Positions 34,300 to 47,532 of a DNA stretch of 49,158 bases are shown one piece after another. This stretch comes from Girardia tigrina (lineage: Eukaryota), in assembly GCA_001938485.1 (NCBI GenBank), contig MQRK01214000.1, forward strand, positions 1 to 49,158, given 5' to 3'. The position numbers and the translations under genes are program-made. Within the stretch, counting starts at the first letter, position 1. Each line of letters starts with the position of its first letter. The notes below the pieces were generated by a model. The model was not told the DNA's origin and ran no database searches. It was given only the letters and a program-made list of their open reading frames with translations.

Positions 34300-34660
34300 C
34301 AGGAACCAAATTATACAAAATTATTAAGACGGATCATGCAGTCAAACAGTTTTTAATACACAAAATAAATTTTTGTGCAGAAACATATTTGTTTAATTGC
34401 GGAACAAACCAGATTATGGAACTTTCAGCTACAGCAAGTCTAGAGACAAACACTAACTTTTTACAAAATCCTGTCTCCAGTGTTTTTAATACACAACCAC
34501 TTCCATGTCACAACCAAGCAGTTGAGAGATGCGTTAAACTAGTAACATAAGCATCTTGTTCTGTATGCGGAGAACAAAGAGAATGGTATATAAGAGCTTA
34601 AGGAGAAAGTCGAAAAGCATTACCTGCTTTCAACACAAAATCTGACTATTTTAAGTGTTA
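34300..34660 (+). mobile_element. DNA transposase C-terminal fragment (probably hAT-related, hATm-like)
   Basis: LPCHNQAVERCVKLVT*ASCSVCG..R..YIRA motif with a stop and frameshifts. Confidence 0.65.
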
Positions 34661-35137
34661 AGTGTTTCTATCATTGTATGAAATACATTATTGATGTAAT
34701 TATACATGTTTTCCCGGATTTCCCGGTCAATATTCATTTTTTAAGATCAATAGTTGTGGTCCTGATGAGAACCATTTGACATTCCCAGATTTTATTTATA
34801 GATCTTTTGGACACTTGAATAACGTCTTTCGAATGTGGTAAAATGACGCCGTGCAGATTCCAACTTTCTGATGATATCACCATTCTATGATTGGATTATC
34901 TTTGACCAATTTTCACATCGTCTATATCATCGACGATCGATATATTCTTTCCATATTCATGGCTATTCGAAAATAATTTACAGCGAATTTGTAAGGATCA
35001 TCGTTTTCTTTTTTTGGAACTTTTACCGTAATTTCGACACGACTTTCATTATAATCAAAATAAACCATTCTCAATTGAATTTTTTATTGATTAATTATTT
35101 TTTTACATTATTCAAGCAAAAAGATCATAACTTTACA

Positions 35138-35187
<50 letters not shown>

Positions 35188-35593
35188 CTGTTTTTTATGC
35201 ATCATACAAAGGAGATATATTTTTTTTAAGTTATCACAAGGATAAGTTCTCTTTTTTTACTTATAATTAAATATAGTTTCATAATTAGATAAATAATTAA
35301 AATAGTTTAATTTTAATTTGCTTATTAATAACTAATTATTTATTTTAAATTATTTAATCCTATTATGTCCTATATTCGGTCAATCAATCAAAATATCTCC
35401 ACAACATGGACAATTTTTTTGTCCTAAAATTATTGTAAAAATATACTGTTCCAGATTTGAATTAATATATATAAAAATAAAAAAAATAATTAACATTGAA
35501 ATTATATGATATATAATTATATATGTATATGTACATCGAAATTATAATTATATAATAATTATATGTAATAATAATTATATATGTATATGTACA

Positions 35594-35953
35594 TTTTATA
35601 TTAAGAATTTAAAATTGTTGTTTTAAAATTCGTTGTTTAAACGAATCTGTTTTTATGTAGTTTTGAGATCTAAATAAAGTTTGATAGCAATATTGATTTT
35701 TTAATTATTAAATCAAAATGACAAGAAGCGACAGTGACAGCGTTAAGGGAAGCATTTTCGATGAAGCGATGTATATATTTTATATTAAGAATTTAAAATT
35801 GTTGTTTTAAAATTCGTTGTTTAAACGAATCTGTTTTTATGTAGTTTTGAGATCTAAATAAAGTTTGATAGCAATATTGATTTTTTAATTATTAAATCAA
35901 AATGACAAGAAGCGACAGTGACAGCGTTAAGGGAAGCATTTTCGATGAAGCGA
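35594..35953 (+). repeat. Near-perfect 183-bp-period tandem duplication of a gene 5' region
   Basis: 35594-35770 recurs at 35777-35953, including the ATG and the first ~17 codons of ORF 35902. Confidence 0.9.
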
Positions 35954-36294
35954 TTGAAGATTTACAGCAAGGACAACCGCTTATTAAAAATCTAACAGAC
36001 GAAGACGATTCGATGACGACTCCTGAGAAAAGAAAGTTGACAAGAAAAGAAAAAGTTGTTTCTGGAATTCATGAAAAGTGTGTGCCAATCAACGTCATGG
36101 TTGAATTGAATAGTACCACTCTCGATTACGAACTGAATTCGAAATTTGGAAAATTGTTTCAATCAGATTATTTCATCGATGGTTCCTCAAGTGGTTCCAA
36201 TAATTGCAAAAGAAATACGGTCCTCTTCAGGGCCAAAAATCGTGATTGGAAAGTGGAGACGGAATGGATAAAAACATATACAATGCAAACTTAA
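35902..36294 (+). CDS. Hypothetical protein (130 aa); possibly the 5' part of a disrupted gene continuing to ~37050
   Basis: Start context ttaaatcaaaATGACA resembles that of the AT-hook genes. Coding-like composition. Further coding-like but stop-interrupted sequence at 36510-37050. Confidence 0.45.
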   Translation: MTRSDSDSVKGSIFDEAIEDLQQGQPLIKNLTDEDDSMTTPEKRKLTRKEKVVSGIHEKCVPINVMVELNSTTLDYELNSKFGKLFQSDYFIDGSSSGSNNCKRNTVLFRAKNRDWKVETEWIKTYTMQT

Positions 36295-36463
36295 CAAAAT
36301 CTGTGAAAACCAGCTTTAACCGTTAAACTTAAGGGCCTTTGGGAGACCCTCGGATGTCATTTGAGTTTAAAGAAATTTTAAAGGAGCTTTTTATATTACC
36401 AATACGCAACTTTTGATCGTTATTGGATACTTAAATTCGAAAAAAAATTTAGATCCACCATAT

Positions 36464-36510
<47 letters not shown>

Positions 36511-37088
36511 GTGAACAAGAGTATGCCTAGCAAACCACCATTTATACAGAAACAGTCATAAGGCGAAGAGACTGCCAAGCAATCTGCTTCAATACGAGAA
36601 GCTACTACTTAGTTTATGTAAGCTCTGATTCACTGAAATATGCTTATCAAAAGGTATTGAATTTTGAAATTTTCGAAAAATATAAATAATAATGTAAGAC
36701 AATACAATAAAACTCAAAAATTCTATCAAAGAATTCTTATCAGATGATAACAATTTAAATAAACATATATGGAGCAAATAGAATTCAATAATGACAACTT
36801 TTTTAAGTCAAAGTTTAATGCCAAAAGGAACAATGATAAGATCAAGTAAAACAAGTTGGAGATTGGGTTCTCAAAGTGTGGAAATATAAAGATCCATGTT
36901 ATCATCGATTCATTTAAGAAAACAAGAATTTCTGATGTCCTTGATGGAACAGAAGATGAAGTCATCTTGGAAGAGAGTGACGATTCAGATGTGAATTTTA
37001 TTACTGATGGCTTTAAAAATATACATAATTTGGGTAATAATAATTCTTAAAGAATCTCATGCTTACTATGATTAATATATTGTTTTAA

Positions 37089-37303
37089 GGGGCTGTCCAT
37101 AAAGGACGTCACGCTATTTTAGGAGATTTCCAACCCCCTCATCCCCCTCGTCACATGTCGTCACAGAATTCTTCCACTAAATACTGCAGCATTTCGATTT
37201 GACGCCACATTTCCCAAAACCCCATACCCCCCACATCACACTTAGTCACAAAATTCTGATCCAACTCCCCCACTCCTACATGACATCGTTTATGGACGGC
37301 CCC
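37089..37303. mobile_element. PIF/Harbinger (Tourist-like) MITE
   Basis: TAA TSD on both sides. TIR GGGGCTGTCCATAAAGGACGTCA / TGACATCGTTTATGGACGGCCCC. Confidence 0.88.
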
Positions 37304-37372
37304 TAATATCAATTAATAATATTGTTAATTTTTGTAATAAAAACATTTTTTTCCATTTTTTTGCTATTTTAA

Positions 37373-37605
37373 CCCTACAATGCGCCGTGATTCATATTTG
37401 AATCAACCATATTTTACCTCAATATCTTTTAATCACGTGATATTCTTTGAGTGTTTACATACTGTGAACCAAAAACATTGTCTATGGAATGATGACTGCC
37501 CATAAAGTCATAGATGCAATATATTTTGTCAACAAAAATGACAGTTCAGTTTGTAATACTGGCATATTATTTTTATGATAATTAAAAAAATTGCGCATTG
37601 TAGGG
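37373..37605. mobile_element. piggyBac MITE
   Basis: TTAA TSDs and perfect 13-bp TIR CCCTACAATGCGC. Confidence 0.92.
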
Positions 37606-37645
37606 TTAAGAAGATTTTTTATGCCCGCTAAAATACGATAATGAA

Positions 37646-37869
37646 CACTAGAACGTCCGTGGTAATTTTTGAGACACAATACAATTTTAAGTGGAGCATA
37701 TTTTAAGACTTTCAATAATATTGACTTGATTTTTTCAAGATTCTATCGATATTTATAATATATTGCAAAGTTATAGTCTCAAAAATCAAGTCGATAGAAA
37801 TTATTGTTTTAAATGGACCCTCTGTAAAATTGCTTTGCGGTTAAAAATGACCGCTTGGACGTTCTAGTG
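37646..37869. mobile_element. MITE, probably piggyBac-related (CACT-type ends)
   Basis: Perfect 13-bp TIR CACTAGAACGTCC. Flanks tgaa/ctaa look like degenerate TTAA. Confidence 0.75.
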
Positions 37870-37887
37870 CTAAAGTATATCTCAAAA

Positions 37888-37924
<37 letters not shown>

Positions 37925-38456
37925 CATATCTTAAACAAGAATCATGTCGAATTAAAAAATTCCCAAATGCAAATATATTTTACCACTTATTTTTATTAAA
38001 ATTTTCTATTTTAATTTAAATTATAAAACAAATAAAATTAATTTGATCCTAATTATTTGAGTTTATTATTTTGAGTTTAATTATTTAATTAAAATTTCAG
38101 TTACATAAGAGATCAGGAAGTAAATCATGATAAAATATCCATTAAAAACATTCAGACAAAGAATAAAAATGTTTTATTTCCTTATAAATATATTTAATTA
38201 AATATTTAATAAATATATCATTGTTATCGAATTTCCGTCGACGAAAATAAGATTAAGTAAATAGAAACTCTGAATGTTACGAAAAGTAAATATGGTTCTT
38301 TTCTGTGATGTAAGATGATAAAAATCAAGTCGGGCACGCAACTGTTAGATAATCAACGAGGTTGTGCTTGTTATGTAAAAGGTTATGTAAAACTCGTAGA
38401 AAGTCTAACTGTCCCATTTATTATTAGACATAATTTTTCCAAATTACTATAAGAAA

Positions 38457-38745
38457 ATGTCGAAGGAAAATTCTTCCTTCTCCGTTAACGAATTTCCCGA
38501 TCTCCCAGTAGAGAAAAATTCCCATAAATTTAATGGAAATCATTCATCAATTAATCGATCGTGCTGTCATTGTTTAAATCAATCGAAATTTTGTTTCAAT
38601 TTTCAAATAATGAATGTATCGGACAAATTCTTTCGGAAATTCGCTTGTTTTTTCTTGATTCTGATATTTTTTGGAGTGTCGGTCATTTGCTTCCTGTTGT
38701 TCTGCTGGATGATCGCAAATGGATCCTTCAATCGCATCCGATCAG
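38457..38745 (+). CDS. Probable first exon of a type II single-pass membrane protein
   Basis: agaaaATG start; ~60-aa hydrophilic N-tail; basic FFRKF then a ~25-aa hydrophobic stretch; donor atcag|gtatta at 38745/38746. Confidence 0.55.
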
Positions 38746-38856
38746 GTATTATTTGTCATTTCCTTTATCAAGAATTTCTTTTAACCATTTATTTTGATAA
38801 TATTAAATTACATATTGAAATATAAAACCATGATTGCATATTTTATTGATTTTTAA

Positions 38857-38888
<32 letters not shown>

Positions 38889-39235
38889 GTTATGGAAATG
38901 CTTTGATTCACACTATGAGCGGCAGATCTGTGAATCATTATTGATAAGACTCAAAAAACAAATTAATTAATATTCAAAATGGACAAAGTAAAGCCGTTTC
39001 CAATCTTGAAATATTTAATAAAAAATTTTGAAACATTTTGTCATTATCCAATTATATCTTAAATTAAGATAAATAAATATATTATCCGTTTTAAACTAAC
39101 TTTATGAAATAGTAACAATATAACTAAAATATAATTGCTGATGATTGATAAAGAATTTTCAAAAAATGTATAATAATCAATTTCTTGAAAAGCTTTAACA
39201 AAATTATTTTTCAAAAATTTGAATTAGCGTTAAAA

Positions 39236-39273
<38 letters not shown>

Positions 39274-40545
39274 TAAATGAAAAGAATTATTTTCTCTTTT
39301 CGAATCTGTTCTATCTAAATACCCTAAACCTTCAATTCTTTGAAGTAAGAATTTAGAAAAAAACCGTCTTAACCAAAAGTCACTTGAACGATTTTTCTAC
39401 ATTTTTGCGATCATATCTCAATGTTGTTATAAATCTTCTGAAAAAGATTTGTGTTTAAATGATTTGATCTCGTTGCTTCATAAAAGTTGTTTCTTTATAT
39501 GTTGTCTTATAAATATATATTTTTTGGTTTCTTTTCTCTATTATATGGGATTGGATTTGTTTTCTGTCATATTTATCTTTCTTTTTTTCAGTTACAGTCT
39601 ATTTTAATATATCTCTTACTTTTCAACATTCAAATATCGTTTTTCTTGAAAAATGGGAATTTCTTTAGTTAAGAATAAGAATATAAAATTCTCTAAAAAG
39701 TTTTATTTATATAAATATACCCAAATCTTTCTTTCTTCTAAGTACTTAATCCCTAATTTATACTTTGTTTTTCCATACAAATTCGTATTTTCCATATAAA
39801 CAGGGTCTCAGTTCTTAGTTTTATAGCTACTTTATTATTACTTATTTCATCCACTGAAACCTAAAAAAACTTTTCTCCAATTTTTATTTTCACTTTTTTT
39901 AAATATTTTATTTCACTAAAATCACTATGATCAGTAAATTTTTATAAAAGTATTTTACATAATAAATTTTTCGAAAATACTAAATGTAAGCCAACTTATA
40001 AATTAAAATTAAATAATATAAAACTTATTAAAAAGAATTATCTACTTACAAATAAAAAGTAGTTTCATTGGTTTATACAAAACTTAGTAAACAAAAAGCA
40101 ACATTAATCGACACTGACCTGAAAACTCGATTCAGGTGTCTCTATATACTCGAATATTATCTTATGATGTAGTTCTGAACTGTGTTCAAAAGTTCTTGAT
40201 AAAAGGCAAGATACTTTAAAATCAATAACAAAGTTCTACCCGAACAGACAACAACACGGCGTGTATATAAAAACAATGTAATAAACTGTTAAATCAAAAA
40301 CCTTTTTTCAATCCTTGCTTTATGCGAGCAGAACTCTATTTGGTCAACAAATTTGTTTTAGTTATCTTTTGTAGAAGAGAAAATTACTATTACATTTTTT
40401 AATAAATTTATTGTTATTAGTAACTATGTTAGGTATATTGTAAAATAAAAAAAATATTATATAAGTATTTCTTTTTAAATAACGATGTAAATAAAATGTT
40501 ATGATCTTTTATCGATATTAAATAATATATATATATATATATATA

Positions 40546-40584
<39 letters not shown>

Positions 40585-42320
40585 GTTATAAACTTAAATT
40601 TAAATATAAATATGATAAGAATAATAAAGGAAAAATTATATTAAAGTAAAATTATAAAGAACATAAATAAAGTCAATTATAATTAATATTTTTATATATA
40701 AAGATGGAAATTTTAATTAAAAGGTCATATTAATTAAAAAGAACAAGTTATTAATTGTCAAAAGAAAGAAAAGCTGTTGTAAAGAAAATTATTTATTGAA
40801 AGAGAAACAACTGTGTTAATTTAATTATTTACTGAAAAGAGAATATTGACAAGAAGGATTGAAAGAAGTCATATTGAAGAGCAAGTGTTATTAACTTGCC
40901 TGAGAAGAGAATATTGTCAGAAAGAATAATAAAAGCATGTGAGAACAAATTAAAAAAGAAAAATATAGAAATACATAAAACCAAATTCTCAGAAAGTAAT
41001 TGAATTATATTAATATATATTTGAATAAATATATTTCTATATATTTAAAATAATTTCTGTGAGAATACTCAGTGTTCCACAACTACCTAAATTCATTGAA
41101 TTTGAGGTTGAGCTTTTGTTTTAGATAAAGTGTAATCACTGTACATAACGAATATATTTTTATGAAAGAACATCTTTGTTTTTTATCTTTTTTAAAAAAT
41201 AAATAAAATCATCCCTATACCCCAACAACTAAATAAATCTTTTGTAGAAAGGAAAATTTCATACAAAACATTTTTACAACTCCATTTTATAATTAAATAG
41301 TTCTTAAAAAATATAATAAATTTATTAAAAAGCATTGAAGGAAAAAACCACAACATTTCTATTTGATACAGTTTAAACATTTACGGATAATTGTAAAACG
41401 TGTTTGTATAAAAAAATATTTTGAAACACTGAAAATAAATAAATAATTTAAATTATTAAAATTTGTTAGCGAAAATATAAATATATGTATGTTTTAACTT
41501 AATCACTTAATTAAACAATAAAACCAGTGATTAATACTCCTACAAAGAGTGATTAATTATAAAAATTCCATATTTGAGTCTTGTTAAGCGAGTCTAGGTT
41601 AATTTATCTCCTAGCTGGACTTCATCAAGACATAAATGAGGCAATAAAAATAAAACTAAATTTAATATTCTAATGAAGAATAATTTTTCGATGCTATTCA
41701 TAATTTTTTTCCAAATTAATTTCAAATATAATTTATTTATTTTAGAATAAATTACAGAAATATATTCTCCTTTGATGTTCTTTTTACGATCAACTTCGTA
41801 GAATTTCGTACATTTAATACTTTATATGTTATTTTAATTATTTAAGACGTTTTCTCCTTAATAACTCAAATATCGCAGGAATTATTCTATGTATCACATA
41901 CTTTTAGGACAACAAAAAGATGTGATGAAAAGCATTTGTAGAAGAAGGGACAAAATTAAAATTCAAAAATTTTAAAGTTTTGTATACTTCGCAACGATCA
42001 AACGATAGCAAATATTAATTTAATTATTTAACAGAAATAAACTTGTCTGTCTGGTTTTGGATAATTAATTTAAAATTGATTTTTAAATGATTAATAATGG
42101 TAAAAATAAAATTAAAAAAATTTTTACTTTTAAGACTTTGAGTACAGTATCACCGATGTTTAAGGAAAGAAATTACGGCCTAAACAAAAGATGAATAATT
42201 ATTTGTTTTGATATTTTAAATAATTATAATTACTTTTATAAAGACGATAGGAAGGATGAAAAGTTGAATTTGCTTGATTTCTTGAATGAGAAACTACATA
42301 ATTGCATTTAGTTTTATTAA

Positions 42321-42537
42321 CCCTAGAAAGATAAACAAATGACAAAGTCCTGAACAGATAAATATACGCTTCGCGAGCACATCAAATAGTCGTAAATTCT
42401 AAACTATGGTACTTACCGCATATTGACTGACGACTGAGTTGACTGAAAAGGAAAGCTAAATTTACGCACCAATTAAAAAAAGACAACGATATGTTCACGG
42501 CAGGGGTGCCTCTGAGATATAGGTTATCTATCTAGGG
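42321..42537. mobile_element. piggyBac MITE with IFP2-type termini
   Basis: TTAA|CCCTAGAAAGATA ... TATCTATCTAGGG|TTAA. Confidence 0.92.
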
Positions 42538-42712
42538 TTAAGCACTCAGAATCTTGATTTATGTCTCTGTTTGACGCTTTAAGACTTTAGTTCAACTTCT
42601 ACCAGACTTAACATTTTTTTCATATTTTCTCCTGTGTCTGAACATTTTACTTTTGATGAAGATTCAAAAGAGAACAAAAGCAAATAACAGTTATTCTTTT
42701 CAATTTGAGGTA

Positions 42713-43984
42713 TTGGGGAGAACCAAAAGTATTTTCGTATTTTTATTAAAAATTTAAACATAATTTTACAACAAATAAAAAACATTTAAGTTTCAAAGTA
42801 AAGGCCATTTGAATCTATAGCTTGAACCCATCTATGGGCAAGTTGTGCGATCCCACTGCGGTACCAATCCTTGTTCTTAGAAGCGAAGAACTGGAGATAC
42901 CAGTTTTCGACCTCAGTCAGATTATTGAAGCTGCGACCACTAATAAAGTGTGCCATAGTGCGGAGAAAGGTGATAGTCGGATGGCGCAAGATCCGGACTA
43001 TACGCTGGGTGTGGAAAAAGTTCAAAGGTGTCGAGATTTTTGATTTTTTCCTTTGTTTGTTTGGAGGTGTGCGGTTTTGCATTGTCCTGTTGTAGAAGAA
43101 CTCTCTTTCGATTGATCAAAGCGGGATATTTCTCGCCAAGTGCGCATACATTCGATCAGGTTGGCCGCAGTAAAGGTCAGCGTCGATGGTACGACCATTT
43201 GGAACCAGCTTGAAGTGAATCACGCCTTCGGAATTCCACTAAACACACAAAAGTGCCTTCCTTGAGAAACGATCTCGTTTCGCCATTTGTCCGGGGTCCA
43301 ACCATTGATTTTGTTGGTCTAGATTACTGAAGTAAACCCACTTTTCATCGAAAGTTACAATTCGACGGATGAAACGGTCATCGCGCGGATTTTCAAGCAA
43401 TTTTTGACAAGTTTCGAAACGCTTTTCGGTTTGAATTTGTGTCAATTCATGAGGCACTTCTCGACATTGTCTATTGACCTTGCCAATAGTGTGAAGGTAT
43501 CGTACAATGGATATTTGAGGAATATCGAGTTCGGCCGACAATCTGCGAGTACTTATTGACGGATTTGTCTGGACAGCTTCACGAATTGCTCCGGAATCTG
43601 CGATGATAGGTCGGCCTGAACGTGCATTGTCTCCGAGGTCAATGTCGCCTTTGTTGAACCTTTGAACCAATTTTGTGCAGTACGATTTGAGACCACATTA
43701 TCGCCTTCAACTTCGCATATCTTTTTGCTGCTGCAGTTGTGTTTAAGCCCTGTTTCCAGTAATGTCGTAAAAGAACACGAATTTTAAAATTTTCAATAAT
43801 TTTTCTAAAAGCCCATAAAAATTATATTAACGAATAATTAGAAGTTTTAATATATATTGTGATAGAGCAGTTCAAGAGCCTTAAAAACATATAACACATG
43901 TATATAATATATCTTTATTTGGTAATAAGAAACAATTGAACAAAAAGACGTAGAAAATAAGAAGGGACTTTTGGTTCACCCTAA
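42713..43984 (-). mobile_element. Full-length mariner (DD34D-type) element with frameshifted transposase
   Basis: TA flanks; TIR tt(g/a)ggg(a/t)gaaccaaaagt; 1272 bp. Motifs IRVLLRHYWKQG, RSGRP, EVPHEL, IVTFDEKWVYF, and YRSGIAQLAHRWVQAIDSNGLYFE. Confidence 0.92.
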
Positions 43985-45207
43985 TAATATTTCAAGTTTC
44001 GTTTTTCTTTTTTTCTATGATCTCCTCGCAATCTTGTCTTCCTTGTTGACATTTTAACACCGTGGGTAAATTCCGATTACTTAAAGTTAGCGAGCTTAGA
44101 CTTTAAACATAAACTAATTCCAATAGCTGATACAAGCTACAAAATTTTCAACCGATAAGACAATCCTTAATATTTTATTCCTAAAAAATTATATTACACA
44201 TTTTGTAAAATTGAATAGCCTTATGTATTATATGAAAAATAATTTAAATTATTTCTATATATTTCAAGATGATAACTTATACGTATTTTAAAATGGTAAT
44301 GTTAAAGTTTATAAATTAGATAATCCATTTTAGAGATACGGTAATTTGTTTTGTTTTCAAATTGTTATTTGTAATAAACACAATTGTAAAATCAGGAATA
44401 AATTTGCTTGAAATTGCTAAGTTATTTTTCAAAAGTTATTACTGAAAACATTTACTGCAAATTAAAGATAAAAAGCGGCTAAACAGTGTTTTAAAAAACC
44501 GAAAAGTTTTTATACCTATATTATTTTCCTCTTTCTCTTTATTCTTGCTACTATATAATTAAAAATAGATAAAATAATAATAGGAATTTAAAGTCCTCAG
44601 AAACCGCAAAGTTGGAAGTACTCAAAATTTATATCTTATATCATTGGATCTACGAGCAGAGTTCTATCGACTACGGGCACTATCCGCGCTCAATTTATCA
44701 AATAACAGTTTTTCCTTCACGCAAGAATTTATAGACAACTTTATCAGGTTCAAGTGATTATCGTTGTCAGGTAACAAAATCTATATTCCAAGAGCCAAAT
44801 ATTTTCTGGTTTCTATATAGTATACATGAAGTATCATTATTAGTTTTTTTAATCATAACCACACAATCTTCTTAATGTTCTTTGAATGTAGAGTTTGTTA
44901 CCATTCTAATGAGAAAGATTCTTTGCTCTTATCTGTTATTAAACAGCTTTCTGGCTTTATTCCTATATATTTTGATTAATAATTCATATAAACATATAAA
45001 GAAGCAGAGAAAACATTAATAATTTTAATAACCTTTTGCAACACCCATTCTGCTTTCCTCCAAGTGATGAAATCCATATAATAAAATTCTTTTAATGCAA
45101 TATTTTAGTTGGTACTTTACAAATCAAGTAACATCTACACAACAGATAAATAGTTTCAATATATTTAATTTAGAAATATATAAATAAAACATTATTCCCA
45201 GTTTTAG

Positions 45208-45555
45208 GAAACCAGTCCTGGTCATCTTGGTCCGAATGTAATGACAGTTCACGAATATCTCAAAGATATAGAACCTATGAAATAATATCAAATAATAATC
45301 AAACGAAATGTTGGGCATCAGTTGAACAAATGTTACAGTGTCAAAAATTCTCTCTCGGAAAAAGCAAAACAGAAGACGAATGGACGTTATGGTCTGAATG
45401 GTCTGCGTGTTCTCATCATTGTAGAAGCACTAATCTGTTACCGGTTCAAACAAGATCTCGAGAGTGTAAACCGCGAAAATCAAAAACAAACAGTAAAACA
45501 TGTAATGGAGAAAAAACCGAACATCAATTTTGTAAATTGTTAGAAAGTTGCCGAA
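45208..45555 (+). CDS. Exon encoding two thrombospondin type-1 (TSP1) repeats
   Basis: SWSSWSECN..SQRYRT..C and WTLWSEWSACSHHC..QTRSREC..CNGEKTEHQFC..C. Donor gtaatt at 45556. The 5' boundary is uncertain (acceptor at 45207 or ~45173). Confidence 0.85.
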
Positions 45556-45618
45556 GTAATTTATCTAACTCTTAAAAGGTAAAATCTTCTAGTTATTTTA
45601 ATTGGTAAAATGTTTCAG

Positions 45619-46119
45619 AATCGCAATGGAGTGAATGGGAAATATTCGACCATTGTCATCCCATTAATCGAAAATTATGTGGACCAGGGAAACAGAGTGT
45701 AAAACGAAAGTGTTTACAGACCAACTGTACAGGATATGATGAAAAGCTTATCGACTGTTGGTCATTCATTGGATGTCCTTTAGACTTGCAACCACCATCG
45801 GATGTCGAAATGTTTAGTGATGGAAAAGGCAATTTCAACGTAACGTGGTCGATTGTTCCTTATGGAGAAAGTGTTAAACTAACGAGGATTTATTTATCCA
45901 TAATTAATTCAAAACAACGAGAGTTTGTGACGCTAAGTAGAGACATTGAAGTCGTTCAAGGTCTTCTAACACAAAAACAAAAGTTACAATTTTTAATAAA
46001 TCTTTCTTCATTTTTAACAAATCAAGACCTTCATTCCTTATCCATACATTTGTTGACCATCGGTTGGAATAACCAAGAATCCAATCTAACTGACCCTGTT
46101 ATTTCTGGACTACGAGCTG
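45619..46119 (+). CDS. Exon encoding a third TSP1 repeat and a fibronectin type III-like domain
   Basis: 63-nt phase-1 intron 45556-45618. WSEWE..CHP..CGPGKQSVKRKC..CTGYDEKLIDC..CP, then LQPPSDVE..FNVTWS..Y..IGWNNQESNLTDPV. Donor gtaatt at 46120. Confidence 0.82.
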
Positions 46120-46449
46120 GTAATTTGAATTTTATATTTTATATAAAATTATGTTTAAATTAAATATATTATACATTAAACATTTTCTTAAAAAACAAGT
46201 TTTCTCGTATCACAAATGGACTAAATATAGGAAAATATATTTAAAATGCTTTGTGTAATTTATATAACTAAAAAAGTAGGACGCATTTCCAAATCAACAG
46301 TTGCTATGATACATAATTTTAGTATTGAGAATTTTAACTTGAGGAGAGTGATAGAAAAGATGACTTTGTCAATGAATTTGCTGTATATTTTCTTCTATGC
46401 TTCAAGGTTTTTGTCATAGATGTTCTAAAAGCCCATAAAATTATTTTCC

Positions 46450-47290
46450 TTATCAGATAATTAGGGTTATCACAAAATTATTTTTTTCATCAAAAAAGTC
46501 GTCTAGGAGAGATTTGATGTAATCATCACTGGAGAATGTTTTTCTGTTTAATATATTCAACAGGAATCTAAATAAATGAATATTCGAATGATCCAAGTCT
46601 GGAGAATACGATGGTTGTGGTAGAACAGAAAAGAATTTATGACTGGTGGTTAAGCTTGTATGGGGTTTTGCATTACTGTAATGAATTCTAACTCTTTTTC
46701 CATTTACCAATTTATGACTTCCCTGTTGAATTGATTGAACAATCTTCTTTCCTTGGTCACAATATCTATCTGAACTAATTGACTTCATTCCTTGAAAGGA
46801 GTTAAAAATACTATTTCTTTAAAATCACACCAGATAAGAAACATAACTTTCAAAATTATTGTAAACCATTCATTTTTCGTCACCAGTATTCAAACCCTTC
46901 AAACATAGATTACTTTGTTCTTGCTTCAAAAGGAAATTGCAGAAAACTACACGTGTCACAAATTGAATTTTTTCCACTTCATGTGATAACCGTATGTCGA
47001 GATTAATAACGAACCAAAGTTTCTTTAAATTACTTTCAAAACTTGAATTGGATATTTCAAGGATCTCTGCATTTTTCATATCTTTATACATGAATAAATG
47101 GAATCAGGGCTGTTATTTCGTCTTAATTAACCTCAATTTTCGACTGGACCATGGTATGTCTTTCAGATGAAACTCTCTAGAACGAAATTTAAAAACCTAG
47201 CTTTGATAATGTCGATGTTTTAGTGAGTCTCTTTCATATACAAAGCATATCTTATGTCATATAAAGTGATTTTCCATTTGTAAATATAAT
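46450..47290 (-). mobile_element. Degraded mariner transposase
   Basis: NTGDEK, HYSNAKPHTS and PSYSPDLDHSNIHLFRFL motifs, with stops. Confidence 0.8.
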
Positions 47291-47532
47291 GTTAAAAAAA
47301 ACTTAACGAATATACTCATTTTGGTTATTTATTTCAAATCAGGGTAAGGTAACAAATTAAAGCAAGATCACTTAATATTTTATATGAACATAATTTGAAA
47401 AATCAGATATCAGGAAATCAGATGCTTGTTTATTTGGACAAAGTTCAACACGCAATGACTTTTTGGTCAATCCAAACAGATAATAAAATAAAAGTAATTA
47501 AATACAAAAATTATTCGAGCATGTCCGATATA

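Noticed and set aside
34690-35245. Coding-like GC patch and a 124-aa ORF
   Set aside because: No motif in any frame, and the ORF is extended by a TA microsatellite.
40100-41085. Possible decayed Penelope RT (SLYT motif) and a TGT...ACA solo LTR
   Set aside because: Too degenerate; no TSD or second copy to support it.
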